Shown: positions 1-11,946 of the stretch, piece by piece
Numbering within the stretch: position 1 is the first letter of the stretch
How the letters are laid out: every line of letters begins with the position of its first letter
NCBI RefSeq assembly: GCF_006345805.1
Contig: NC_043001.1
Coordinates: forward strand, 51,832,001 to 51,896,000
Direction: 5' to 3'
DNA from: Octopus sinensis
Taxonomy: Eukaryota
DNA length: 64,000 nt
Notes under the pieces: model-generated
Database searches by the model: none
The model's input: only the letters and a program-made list of their open reading frames with translations
Told to the model about the DNA's origin: nothing
Translations under genes and position numbers: made by a program

Positions 1-989
1 CAGTCAGCCAAAACCGTCACCATGTTGTCTCTCATCTTTCCTCTCTCTGCCTCTCTATGATGTCCGATTCCACTTGAAGTTGTATATATATTGTGTTATG
101 ATTCGTTAACTATCAATTATCCTTATTGAAAAGAAACAGTCAAAAGTAACCACCACATACAATCACCAAACATCTCCACAACTTAACACCATCCAAGTTA
201 ACCCTCTTCACCTTTACAGCTGACATGAGAAAGTACGAGATAAAGGCAACCATTTTAATTAAGCAAAAAAGAGAAAAAAATCGATTGCTGTTAAAACGTG
301 TAACATTTTGGGGCTAATAATCTTAATCTTTAGTTACAGTTTCTCATAAAAGCTACATAATAGGCAGATTTGTCGGAATAAGACAGTAGGGTGTTTTGAA
401 GGAGATTTGGCTGCTATTTCTATCAGGTCTAGCTACCATATAGAGGTCTCCCTCATTGGCTCATATGTACATATATACATACATTTATACATAAAATCGA
501 AATAAAATACTTAAAGCAACAAGCGACAAATACAAAAGCCAAGGTCCATGCAGTGTCATGGGCCAAAAGAATTTCCAACTTCTTGCTTAATGCGAGCCTA
601 TAGCAATCTCATCTCTAACATTATTTTTGTATTACGTCTCTATTGCAATGTGAGATAATACTTTCAGAACGCAAAACATCCAGACAGTTAGGTGATACAA
701 AAAAAAAAGGAGCAACAAAACATGCAAATAGACGATACAAAGAAAACAAGGACAGGTAATTTGGGATTTTCTTTCCTCAGTCGAGTTCCAAATTATCTTT
801 GCAATTTTGGCTGTTTATACTCGAGATTGCTCCAATCTGGCCAGCATATATATATATATATATACATACGCGCCCCACCCTTATATACACACACACACAC
901 ACACACACACATATAAATATATATACATACAAATATATATATATTTACATATACATACATATATATATATACGTAAATATATAGGCTAG

Positions 990-1445
990 CGAATATTTTT
1001 AGAAATTTCACCACCAGTGGCCTAGCATGTATAAAAAGTCAATAGACAACATATTCTCAATATAAAATAGTGTACATTTAAACATGGTTACTGATGAGGA
1101 TTCGCCTAGCAAATTATTTAAATTGCTAAAGAAATCTGAAACCTAGGTATAACCGTAAAAAAATAAGAAGGTAAAAGTTTTTATTTTTGATTCCCTTCGA
1201 AAATTGCTCTTAAATGTGGTTTTGGCCGTTTTGACCGCTTCTTCTAGCGTGTAAAAATTACCTGTTAAAGGTAGTTTTCTCTTGTGTTTAAATGCACACA
1301 ATTTTATATTGAATATATTTAATTGAATTTAAATTATTATTATTCGAATTAAGTTATGGGCATGAAACGATCGCAGTGGTTTTACTTTTTATCTTATATT
1401 AAACTTTTTAATACTTTTTGATAGTTATATATATTTAAAAAAATA

Positions 1446-1503
<58 letters not shown>

Positions 1504-1790
1504 AAATTCAAAATTTAAATTATTTATATTTAAAGTTAAAAATTAAAAATTATTAATTCATATTTATAAATTTATATATATATTATATATATATATATAA
1601 ATTTATAAATATGAATTAATAATTTTAAATTTTTAACTTTAAATATAAATAATTTAAATTTTGAAATTTTATATTTTACATATTTTGTATATTATATTAA
1701 TTAATTTTATTTCTATGTTTTGGTTTATGTTTGTCACTGTTTGATTTACCTAATAGTGGTTTTATCTCTAATTTAATTTATATATATATA
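990..1790 (+). mobile_element. AT-rich hammerhead-bearing repeat, probable Penelope-like terminal/non-autonomous unit
   Basis: Contains the 1084 hammerhead. The tail (CTTATATTAAACTTTTTAATACTTTTTGATAG...TGTTTGATTT(A/G)CCTAAT(A/G)GTG(G/A)TTTTATCTCTAATTTAAT) recurs at 54025-54690 (+) and 2795-3010 (-). PLE assignment is inferred from the hammerhead. Confidence 0.5.
1084..1156 (+). ncRNA. Type I hammerhead ribozyme motif with palindromic stem III
   Basis: Stem I ATGGTTA(1084-1090)/TAACCGT(1150-1156). Core CTGATGA 1091-1097. Stem II GGATT/AATCT extended by TAGCAA/TTGCTA. GAAA 1138-1141. Loop-less palindromic stem III ACCTAGGT. Cleavage triplet GUA, cut predicted after 1149. The 10.1-11.1 pair is G.U rather than G-C. 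Confidence 0.8.
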
Positions 1791-1792
1791 TA

Positions 1793-2671
1793 CTAGCTTA
1801 AGGTGACCCGCTCTACCCGCGGGTAAGAGTGTGGTTCTTACTTTCTGTTTTTTATCACCACATTCTCCCTCTTTGTTTCTCTCTCCTTTCTCTCTCACTT
1901 TCCCACTCTCTTACTCTTCCTTTCTCTCGGACTCTCCCTCGCTTTCTCTTACTCTCTATCTTTCTCTATCTTTCTCCCATTTATAAACAACAAAAGATCT
2001 TGAGTAAGTTGAGAAAGTAAAATATTTTGAAAGATCAATCATAAATATCAGGCAGTGACAACGGAAAGGTCTGCTTCAAGGCAGACAGCAAAACACTAAC
2101 ATTTAAAAGGGACAGACGAACTTGCGAGCTGAATAAAAAAAGAAAAATATTGGAAACCAAAGTTTGAAGGGATAGAATGTGAGGATAGTAGAGTCACCAT
2201 GGCTGGCATTTCTTAACGACGGACAACAACGTAGTGGCAGTTTGACGGCTGGCGTAAAATTTTGAACATGTTGTAAAAGAAAATTCCTAAACACGAAGTT
2301 TTGAAGTGATACTTTCTCACGACAGTAGACTCACCTTGGCAAGCATTCAAAACTTCTTCATCATGGACGACAACACATTAACGATTTAAAGGCTAGCGCA
2401 AATTTTTTAGCTTCATGTAACAGAGAATTCCTAAACACCTGCTCCTGTAAATTTTAATCACCTTCCAGCCCCATTTAGACCCCTTTTCACATTTTGGTTA
2501 ATATAACCCGATTTCATTCGGGTCTACTCGGGCCACATTTTATAAGATGAGGAATTTTGTCCTAGAGGTGACGCCTTTAATTTGAGGGAAAAAATAGTTG
2601 TCATGCAAACTTGCCAGCACTTTTAACATAGGTGTGCATATTTTCAGCATAACCGACCACATAATGCACAC

Positions 2672-2714
<43 letters not shown>

Positions 2715-3499
2715 GCATTATATATATATATATATATATATTTGTGTGTGTGTACGCATTATATATACAAATGTATACAAATTATATATCTATATATAAA
2801 TTAAATTAGAGATAAAACCACTATTAGGCAAATGAAACAGTGAAAAACATAACCCAAAACATAAAAATAAAAATATAATGTACAAAATATATAAAATATA
2901 AAATTTAAAAGTTTAAATTATTTAAATTTAAAATTAAAATTATAAATTTATATTTATAATTAAAAAAAATATATATATAACTATCAAAAAGTATTAAAAA
3001 GTTTAATATACATAAATACAGATATATACACTTTGTATATATACATTATATATACATATTTATATATAGAACACACACATACACATATATAAATGAACCC
3101 AATAAATATTTGTTCTCATGATTGTGTGGTTGTGGTGGCGATGATAATTCTCTCTATGAATGCAGACAGACGTAGGGAGAGAGAGAGTGTGTGAAAGCGC
3201 TGTTAGACGCCGTTATCGACGTTATATATAGAAAGTGATGGGAAGGGAGGAAAGATAGTGAGTGACGGAGGAAGACAGATACATAAAAGAATGTGAGTCG
3301 ACTTGTCAAAGTGCGTTTTTTGCCCTAGCAATGACACCTTTTAAGATAGGGATTTATAACCTAGCCCACTAACATTCTCACCTCATTTTACATGCCCCTG
3401 TAAATTTTGGAGTCAATCCGACGGGTTGTAGTGGCCTTTAAACCGTTCCAGACAAACAAACAAACAAACAAACTTTTCGCATTTCAGTTTTATAATAGA

Positions 3500-3501
<2 letters not shown>
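1793..3501 (-). mobile_element. Non-autonomous Helitron-like element, interrupted
   Basis: Minus-strand 3' end CTAG (1793-1796) with subterminal hairpin ACCCGC-N7-GCGGGT. Minus-strand 5' end TCTCTATTATAAAA...(TTTG)n near 3450-3501. Interrupted by microsatellites and the AT-rich tail copy at 2795-3010. Joining the two ends into one element is inferred. Confidence 0.5.
2795..3010 (-). repeat. Tail-only copy of the AT-rich hammerhead-associated repeat
   Basis: Reverse complement match to 1390-1430 and 1690-1790. Confidence 0.7.
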
Positions 3502-3569
<68 letters not shown>

Positions 3570-3680
3570 TAATCAAAATAATGGCGAACGACGTGTACGA
3601 CACTTATGCGGACGGAAAAGAAACGGGCATGGATAAAGTCATTTCATAAACCAGCTTTTTACCTAGAGTTAATACGATTT

Positions 3681-3743
<63 letters not shown>

Positions 3744-3746
3744 TAT

Positions 3747-3793
<47 letters not shown>

Positions 3794-4749
3794 CAAAAAG
3801 GTGATAAGCAACAGAGGTCAAGTGGGTGCTGTAGCGTTCTAATAAAGGAGATGTAAGCTGAGTCTGTCTGTGCGTATGTATGCGTGTGTGTTTGTATGTA
3901 TGTATGTATTGTTACATAAAATGTAAGTAAAATAAATACAAACAAATTTAGGCTATTATAGCAACACTCTGGAAACGATCATCGCTTTAGAAACGTTCCA
4001 AAAGACGCAGTATTATACAGATTACAAAGTACAATACAGTTAGGTATTTTGTAGGCTATTTTGAACAACGTTCTGAACACTAATGGATATGATAGACATC
4101 GGCCGACGATAGAATAATTTATAGCCACATTCGGATCTTCGAAGTATTTAACCTTAGGCAACCACACGTAAAGCGATGTGGTTTAGCATTGTCATTTGAA
4201 CTTATGAAAAAATTGAAGCTAAGTTCGACGGTTATACATATATTAGGAATATCATTTTTGTTTTACATATTGTGTCTGAAGAAAAGTACTGTTCCCATGA
4301 CTTTGTAGGCCTTCCGAGACTGGTGAGATTGATGTCTACAAGTGTTGAATTTCAACATTTGTAGGAAAGACACGAGAAGGGACATCCCAGAGGGACGATG
4401 TTTGGGAGAAGGAGTAGGAATAATGGTCAGTGCAGGTTTAGAAAAAAAGTTCAAGGATGGAAAGCAACAGGACAAGTAGGTGCCATAGTGCCCTAATAAA
4501 GGAGATGCAAGATTAGTTACCTCTGAGGGACAGAGGCATATATAGTAGCAAGTTTAGTGATGCCTAGAAAAGTTACGGACACTATACCTCCTTATCAGAT
4601 TAAAATATATCAAGATAGCTCTATTCCTTTTCAGGCTGATCTTAATTTAAATCTATCACACTAGATTTATCTTAAGAACTCTTCCACATATAACGGTGAA
4701 AAGTTCCACTAAATCACAATGAACTACATCCCATATTATCATCAACGAA

Positions 4750-4930
4750 AGGCAGAATCATTAGCACTCTGAACAAAATGCTTACCGGCATTTCGCCCGT
4801 CTTTACGTTCTGAGTTCAAATGCCGTCGGGGGCAATTTTGCCTTTCATCCTTTCGGAGTCGATAAAATAAGAACCAGTCAAGCATTGGGTCGATGTAATC
4901 GACTTGCCATTAACTCGAACTTGCTGACCT
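4750..4930 (+). mobile_element. tRNA-derived SINE, family B (diverged)
   Basis: Shares the GTTCTGAGTTCAAAT...GCCTTTCATCCTTTCGG.GTCGATAAA core with many copies in the window. Confidence 0.75.
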
Positions 4931-6907
4931 TGTGTCAAAATTTGAAATCACTGTTATCATCAACGATGTAACTTCATCAAATGAGATTCTACTTCAAAAA
5001 TTGAATTGCAAAGAATAGCAAATTATTGATTAAAGAAAAGCATAACGAATAAAAGAGAAGAGAGAATTATAAAAATAAAAGAATTGAAATATGGAGAGCC
5101 TGGACAGGTGATTTTTTAAATTCATAAATTCAGACCTTGCTAAAATACGATCTTTATATTGTGTTGCAATTCCGAAGAAACGGTTTACTTCTTGCATTCT
5201 AGTGTAAAATAATTAGCTTTAAAGGTTAACCGACTGAGGAAGTGCTTCTCTCGTAATTCGAATACAAAGATTGAATCGATAAAATATTCAAGAATTATGA
5301 TATTTAATACTTCTGAGTAGAGTAAAAGAAATGTAAAATTGTGTAAATATAAAGAAAAATTTAAGTAATAACTTTCGCTAAGCAGTTGTTGGCAACATGG
5401 TCAAAATGCACATTAGCAAAATTACAAATTTTTAACGTTAGAAACTAAACTAATGCAGGAGAAACCAAATTTTCCCCGAATGTAAGAAAATGTTCATGGA
5501 AGCAGCAATACTGAGTTGTAACAGGATTTAAAATTTGAAAAATAATGCGAATTATTGGAGCTAAATGACATGTTTTGATGAATAACAACTTAATGGACGT
5601 TATAAAGAAATCTGATGTTGATGATGATGATGATGGTTATGATTGCGATTAAGAAGAATGTTATAGTCAAAATGAATAATACATTTGTGGTTAATCACTA
5701 TCTGGAACAGAATTGATTTTTGTCAAGAAGATTGCATGGTATGTTTAAAGACATCTTAACCACTTTAATCCAAATGTTTCACTTCAGCCATCATACATCA
5801 CTTCATGATTTTATCAGCTGTTAATACAGTATCTACTTTGGAAAATAATGGATGTACCAAGAATATAATTTCAGTTTCTCTAAAATTATACACTTGGTAT
5901 ATTGCGTTCCCATCCGTTTCACTGCTACAGTTATAGTACGTGGTTGCTGTAGGCTCTATCATAGCTTTTAAAGCCTGCTGCTGATATGCAAGTTCTGTTA
6001 TTGATCTCACTGGTGTATGACCTCAATTTACGTATTTCTTGATTACTAATTTGTTTGTGAATTATTCGTACTGTGCATAGTGAAGCCTGACTTTGTTCAG
6101 CAGATTTGATTTCAGATTGGTCACAGGAAGATGCTTGTCTGCCTCGCATATGAATAGTCGCAAGTAATTAGTCAATCCAACCATAGGCTGTTGAATACAA
6201 CAGCATATTAACTGAAATCATACTCACAAAGACCTTAGTCCTGTTTTCGTACAGCAAACATTTTGACGCTATTTGTATGAATAAGCTGAAGTGAGCATGT
6301 GTTCAATTTCAGTCTCAAACACTTCACTTACACCGCTAATACTACTGGGAAAGGCACAAATGATATAAAAATTAGATATTTTTTTTAGATAGGGCCGAAA
6401 CAATTGCGGAATGAAATACAAAGTGAACTACAAAAAGGCAAAGCAGAATAACAACTGGTGTTTTAACTAATGTTTCGATATTTCGGGGTTATGATCTCTT
6501 CCTCGGGATCCGTGGAGAAATTAAGGATAGAATCACTTCCTAGTGATATAAGAATTAATTTTCATCATTTTAAAATCAATAGTAACGATTTCTCCAATAT
6601 CAAGTTACCATAATCATGAAAGGTCAATTAATTAATTAATGTTATTACTACATTAACAGATGTTTATAAACATGGACTGTTGTTATAACTAAATGCCAGT
6701 GATTCAGGTTCTCTGTGACGTAATTGGAGAAATGCGGTCAACTGAACTGACAGAGAGTCAAGCTCTTAAATTCGTATCCCCTCATTGCTAATGAGTCCAT
6801 AATGAAGACAGATAAACGTTTAACGGAGTAAGGTGCTCTAACAAACACCAACCCATTGTTGCTGTTGATGTTGTTCAGTGCCAAATCAGTTTTAACTAAG
6901 TATATAT

Positions 6908-7306
6908 AGGCGCAGGAGTGGCTGTGTGATAAGTAGCTTGGTTAACAACCACATGGTTCCGGGTTCAGTCCCACTGCGTGGCACCTTGGGCAAGTGTCTT
7001 CTACTATAGCCTCGGACCGACCAAAGCCTTGTGAGTGGATTTGGTAGACGGAAACTGAGAGAAGCCCGTCGTATATATGTATATATATATATATGCGTGT
7101 GTGTTTGTGTGTCTGTGTTTGTCCCCCTAGGTTTGCTTGACAACCGATGCTAGTGTGTTTATGACCCCGTTACTTGGCGGTTCGGCAAAAGAGACCGATA
7201 GAATAAGTACTGGGCTTACAAAAGAATATGTCCCGGGGTCGAGTTGCTCGATTAAAGGCGGTGCTCCAGCATGGCCGCAGTCAAATGACTGAAACTAGTA
7301 AAAGAG
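6908..7306 (+). mobile_element. tRNA-derived SINE, family A, full length
   Basis: Head GGCGCAGGAGTGGCTGTGTG with A/B-box-like motifs (TGGCTGTGTG, GGTTCAGTCCC), central (TA/TG)n, tail AAATGACTGAAAC.AGTAAAAGA. More than 10 homologous copies in the window. Confidence 0.85.
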
Positions 7307-8009
7307 TATAAGCTTAAAGGCATTCTAAATATGGCAACTCTACTACCTATTTTCAAGCATGGTGTATCTCGAACTACATAATCCAATATGTACTTCTTTT
7401 TAAGAAGATAGAGAGTGATTGATAGAAATTTGACTGTTATTACTTGCTGGTCGAACGACTGATTGGAGAATTAGAAGTTTCTTCGTACAGCGAATAGTTG
7501 GATATCACTATTTCATGTAACGCAAATATTGTTACATTAAATAGCATATGAATTTATTTGCTGCATTGTGTAAATTCAAGCCGGACAATGACCGAGGCTC
7601 AAGGCAGAAATACTATTAGTTTTAGACAAGACTCAAAAAGATTCAACAGGTTTTTCATTTGTTAGTTAGTTGTTCTCATTCTACTTACTCTATAGCTTTA
7701 ATATGGAAGTCTGGAAAAACTAGATTCAAAATTCCTGTATTTCATTGCTATTTTATTCTGAAAAGATGGACAACTATCCATCTCTTCACTCACCTATTCA
7801 TAAACGAGAAGATATTCATTACGACTGTTGTTTACAGTTCCATAAAGCAACATACTAACTCACTATGCATCCATTAAGTTTTACAAAGTTATTCTCTAAC
7901 ATTCTACCTTTCAAAAAGCAATATTAACTTTTGGTGTACAACTAAATCTTGGAATACAGAAATATCTTGGTTTACGAGAAGATATTCAAACGAATATTTT
8001 GGTGGCGTC

Positions 8010-8405
8010 AAGGCGGCGAGCTGGCAGAAACGTTAGCATGCTGGGCAAAATGCGTAGCCGTATTTCATTTGCCGCGACGTTCTGAGTTCAAATTCCGCCG
8101 AGGTCGACTTTGCCTTTCATCCTTTCGGGGTCGATAAATTAAGTACCAGTTACGCACTGGGGTCGATATAATCGACTTAATCCGTTTGTCTGTCCTTTTT
8201 TGTCCCCTCTGTGTGTAGCCCCTTGTGGGCAGTAAAGAAATAGGTATTTTGTCTGTCTTTTTGTTCTGAGTACAAATTCCGCCGAGGTCGACTTTGCCTT
8301 TCATCCTTTCGGAGTTGATAAATTAAGTACCAGTTGCGTACTGGAATCGATCTAATCGACCGACCCCTCCCCCCAAATTTCGGGCTTTGTGCCTTGAATA
8401 GATAA
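8010..8405 (+). mobile_element. SINE family B, tandem dimer
   Basis: Head AGGCGGCGAGCTGGCAGAAACGTTAGC and B-box-like GAGTTCAAATTCC. A second head-less unit starts after AAAGAAATAGG at about 8243. Confidence 0.85.
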
Positions 8406-8561
8406 GAATGTTTTGGTGGCATCACCAGCTGGAAGCTGCTAGGAATAGCGAGCGAACGACGGGGACAGTGATAAAATGAAACACGACACAAATATATTTA
8501 TACATACAAAATGAAATAAATATACAACATACAAACTAAATAAGGCCATGCAGCTATATAT

Positions 8562-8775
8562 CTATTCTTTGAATTGTTTCAGTCGACTGCGACCATGCTG
8601 GAGCCTCGCCATAATGGGATTTTTGGTCTAAGAAATCGATCCAAGGACTTATTGTTTGTAAGCCTATTACTTATTCTATTGGTAACTTTTGCCGAACCGC
8701 TAGAGCACGGGAGATAAACACACCGACACCGGTTGTCAAGCGATGGTGGGGAGACAGACACAAAGACACACACAC
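8562..8775 (-). mobile_element. SINE family A, 3' half
   Basis: Reverse complement of the family A tail. Confidence 0.75.
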
Positions 8776-9195
8776 ATAAATATATACATACATACGTATA
8801 TACACACATACATACGTATATATATATATACGTACGTACGTACGTACCTACCAACCTACATACATACATACATACATACATAACCTCCTCATATAAAACG
8901 TCTTTTCTTTCGGTTTCATTCTGTATTGTTCAATGTTAATAACGAATTAAAGTTTTCTGCTATGGAATCGATTTTCATTTGTATCCGAACCGATATTTAT
9001 TATCAACTGTTTCGTTATTTTTTTACATTTAAATTTTATGACTGTGCTCACCTTATATTTAGGATATAAGAATGCATAGGTGTATGTGTATATATGTGTA
9101 TATATGTGTTTGTAGTGTGTATATCTACACATATACATACAAGTTTGTGTATGTATGTGTATAAGCTATTTTTACGTGTGTGTGTGTGTTAAATA

Positions 9196-9523
9196 ATACT
9201 CTTTTAATCTTTTACTTGTTTCAGACATTTGACGGCGGCCATGCTGGAGCACCGACTTTAGTCGAGCACATCGATCCCAGGACTTATTCTTTGTAAGTCT
9301 AGTACTTATTCTATCGGTCTCTTTTGCCGAACCGCTAGGCTACGGGGACGTAAAAACACCAGCATCGGTTGTCAAGCGATGTTGATGAGGACAAGCACAA
9401 ACACACAAACACACATACGTATCCTTCTTCCCTTCTTTCCTGAGCGTCCAATAATACTTTATTTGTTCCACGTCCTCGCGTTGCTGTGTTTTTTTGTTTT
9501 TTTATGTTTTCTTGTCTGGATTA

Positions 9524-9607
<84 letters not shown>

Positions 9608-9748
9608 TACTACGGACTTCTTTCAGTTTCCGTCTACCGAATCCACTCACAAGGCTTTGGTCGGCACGAGGCTATAGTAGAAGAAACCTGCCCAAGGTGC
9701 CACGCAGTGGGACTGAACCCGGAACATGTAGTTGGTAAGCAAGCTACT
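9196..9748 (-). mobile_element. SINE family A with a foreign insert in its central microsatellite
   Basis: Both halves of family A are present. A non-SINE segment of about 100 bp (9421-9520) lies in the middle. Confidence 0.8.
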
Positions 9749-9845
9749 TACCGCACAATATATTTATTTTATAATTGTTTAAAAGTTTCGTTTTTATATA
9801 TTTTAATGACGTTTGCTATTTTGTTTTAAATGACTTTTAATGTGA

Positions 9846-9909
<64 letters not shown>

Positions 9910-10034
9910 TGTGCGTTTGTGCTATAAGGTGGTAAGCTGGCAGAATCGTTAGCACGCGTGGCAAAATACTTAGTGCCTGGCATTTCATCTGTCTTTACAC
10001 TCTGGGTTCAAATGCCGTCGTAAATATATGTAAA

Positions 10035-10417
10035 CTAGCAGTATTGCCCGGCGTTGCTCAGGTTTGTAAGGGAAATAACTATAAAGCATTTTTAGAGAGT
10101 TATAGCCAAAAAATAGCAAAAAATGGAAAAAAATGATGGTAAATTTTTTTTGAGATTTAAAAAAGGTGGAGTTGCGTCCCCTAGACAGTTTGTGGTTCGT
10201 GTTTCTAATTCTCGACCCCATGTCGAATTTATCGATTTTTTTCAGAACTGGGGGAACTTTTCAAAATTTTCGCTGCGTTAGTTTTGAATTATGACATTGG
10301 GCTATGTGTGTGTCAAGTTTCATCAGAATCGGTTGAAAGCCGTGGTCAGGGTGAGGGTACAAGCAAACAGACACACAGAAACACGCACAGGCAAACTGCC
10401 GTTTATATATAGAGAGA
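10035..10417 (-). mobile_element. Non-autonomous Helitron (about 380 bp)
   Basis: On the minus strand it reads A^TC...CTAG^T with a subterminal GC-rich hairpin. Near-identical copy at 54143-54520 (+). Confidence 0.8.
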
Positions 10418-10797
10418 TTTCCTTGCGAGTGTTCAGTGATCCCTTTTCTAGGGAGTTTTTGTGTATCCATGCTCCCTCGGCTACACAAAGCCGTTATTCT
10501 AGGGTCTTAAATGTAACAGCAAATTTACAGCCCTTACGTCCATTCCAAACGCTACCCGCTGCAAGCATTGGATTCCCCGTTTTCCTATTAGAGCCGGAAG
10601 GGCCCTTACGATCCATCCAAAAGCAGCCCAAGAGATAAATCTTTTGCTCCCACCACCGGACAACAAAACCTGGTCTAAGGAAGATAATCCGTCCTCATTG
10701 ACACCCCCGGACTATTTAGTCTTTCGTGACTAACTGACCAAATGACCGTAACGGATACCTGCCTCCCAGAGGTGAAGAGTTACACTTGTTTTCGGCT

Positions 10798-10862
10798 ATA
10801 GAGTCTGACGAGAGGTTTACGGGTCAAGGCCTTCATGGATGCGAAACCATTGGTCACTCTAT
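10798..10862 (+). ncRNA. Type I hammerhead ribozyme motif
   Basis: Perfect 7-bp stem I ATAGAGT(10798-10804)/ACTCTAT(10856-10862). CTGACGA 10805-10811. G10812...C10842. GAAA 10843-10846. Near-palindromic stem III ACCATTGGT. GUC triplet, cut predicted after 10855. Stem II pairs poorly by eye. Confidence 0.65.
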
Positions 10863-10948
10863 GACCGGACATAAACCTAACTACCTATAAATACGTTTCT
10901 GCTCTATGCTTTAGAATGTGCTTATTTTTCGGATACATTGACGATATA

Positions 10949-10993
<45 letters not shown>

Positions 10994-11085
10994 TAACAAT
11001 TTAACAATTAAAACATATGCATACATACATACATATATGTACATAGCTACATCTATATGTATATATACACGCATATATATATATA

Positions 11086-11139
<54 letters not shown>

Positions 11140-11269
11140 TGTATATATACATATAGATGTTGGTATGTACATATATGTATGTATGTATGCATATGTTTTA
11201 ATTGTGAAATTGTTATTATATGATTGAACACCTCGCGTCACTTTCTTATTTCTCCAAGTTAGTTTTTAT

Positions 11270-11322
<53 letters not shown>

Positions 11323-11623
11323 TCCGTAATAATGAAGGGTGAAATTAATTAATTTGGAATAATAATCAATTACACCAAGTAGTCTTCGGCATGTAAAAGC
11401 CTCATTAGAGGAAAATTTAAGTAATACTAAGCAATAAAGGGTTAGCAACGAATTGCCTTACCACATATCGAATTTAGAAATAGCAGTCAAAGAGTTATAG
11501 CTATTTCTTCTACTAAAAAGGGAGATCTCCCTTTTTAGTAGAAGAAATAGCTATAACTCTTTGACTGCTATTCTAAATTCGGTATGTGGTAAGGCAATTC
11601 GTTGCTAAACCCTTTATTGCTTA

Positions 11624-11664
<41 letters not shown>

Positions 11665-11696
11665 CGTACCTTAATTAGGCGTATCTTTTTCAGGTT

Positions 11697-11900
11697 TTAT
11701 CTTTTACTTGTTTCACTCATTAGACTACGGCCATGTTGGGGCACTGCCTTGAAGAGTTTTACTAAAACGTATTGACCACTGTACATATTGCATGGGTCTC
11801 TTACGAACCGCTAAGTTATATGTATATAAATACGCCAACACCGCTTGTCAAACGGTGGTGGGGGACAAAGACGCACACACACACACACATATACATACAT
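11697..11900 (-). mobile_element. SINE family A, 3' half (diverged)
   Basis: Reverse complement of the family A tail. Confidence 0.65.
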
Positions 11901-11946
11901 GCATGCGTTTGTGTGTGTGTGTGCGTGTATATATATGTATGTATAT

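Noticed and set aside
793-1014. Numerous ORFs rich in YI, HT, CV, RE or LS dipeptides throughout the window
   Set aside because: They are stop-free translations of (TA)n, (CA)n, (GA)n and (TATG)n microsatellites, with no protein-like content.
5798-6170. Coding-looking minus-strand stretch
   Set aside because: It is interrupted by stops and has no recognisable motif. It may be an old transposase relic but cannot be supported.
10317-10324. CTGATGA motif in the Helitron copies (also about 54228) and other isolated CTGANGA hits (e.g. 35199, 41223, 47705)
   Set aside because: No compatible GAAA, UH and three-stem arrangement could be built around them.
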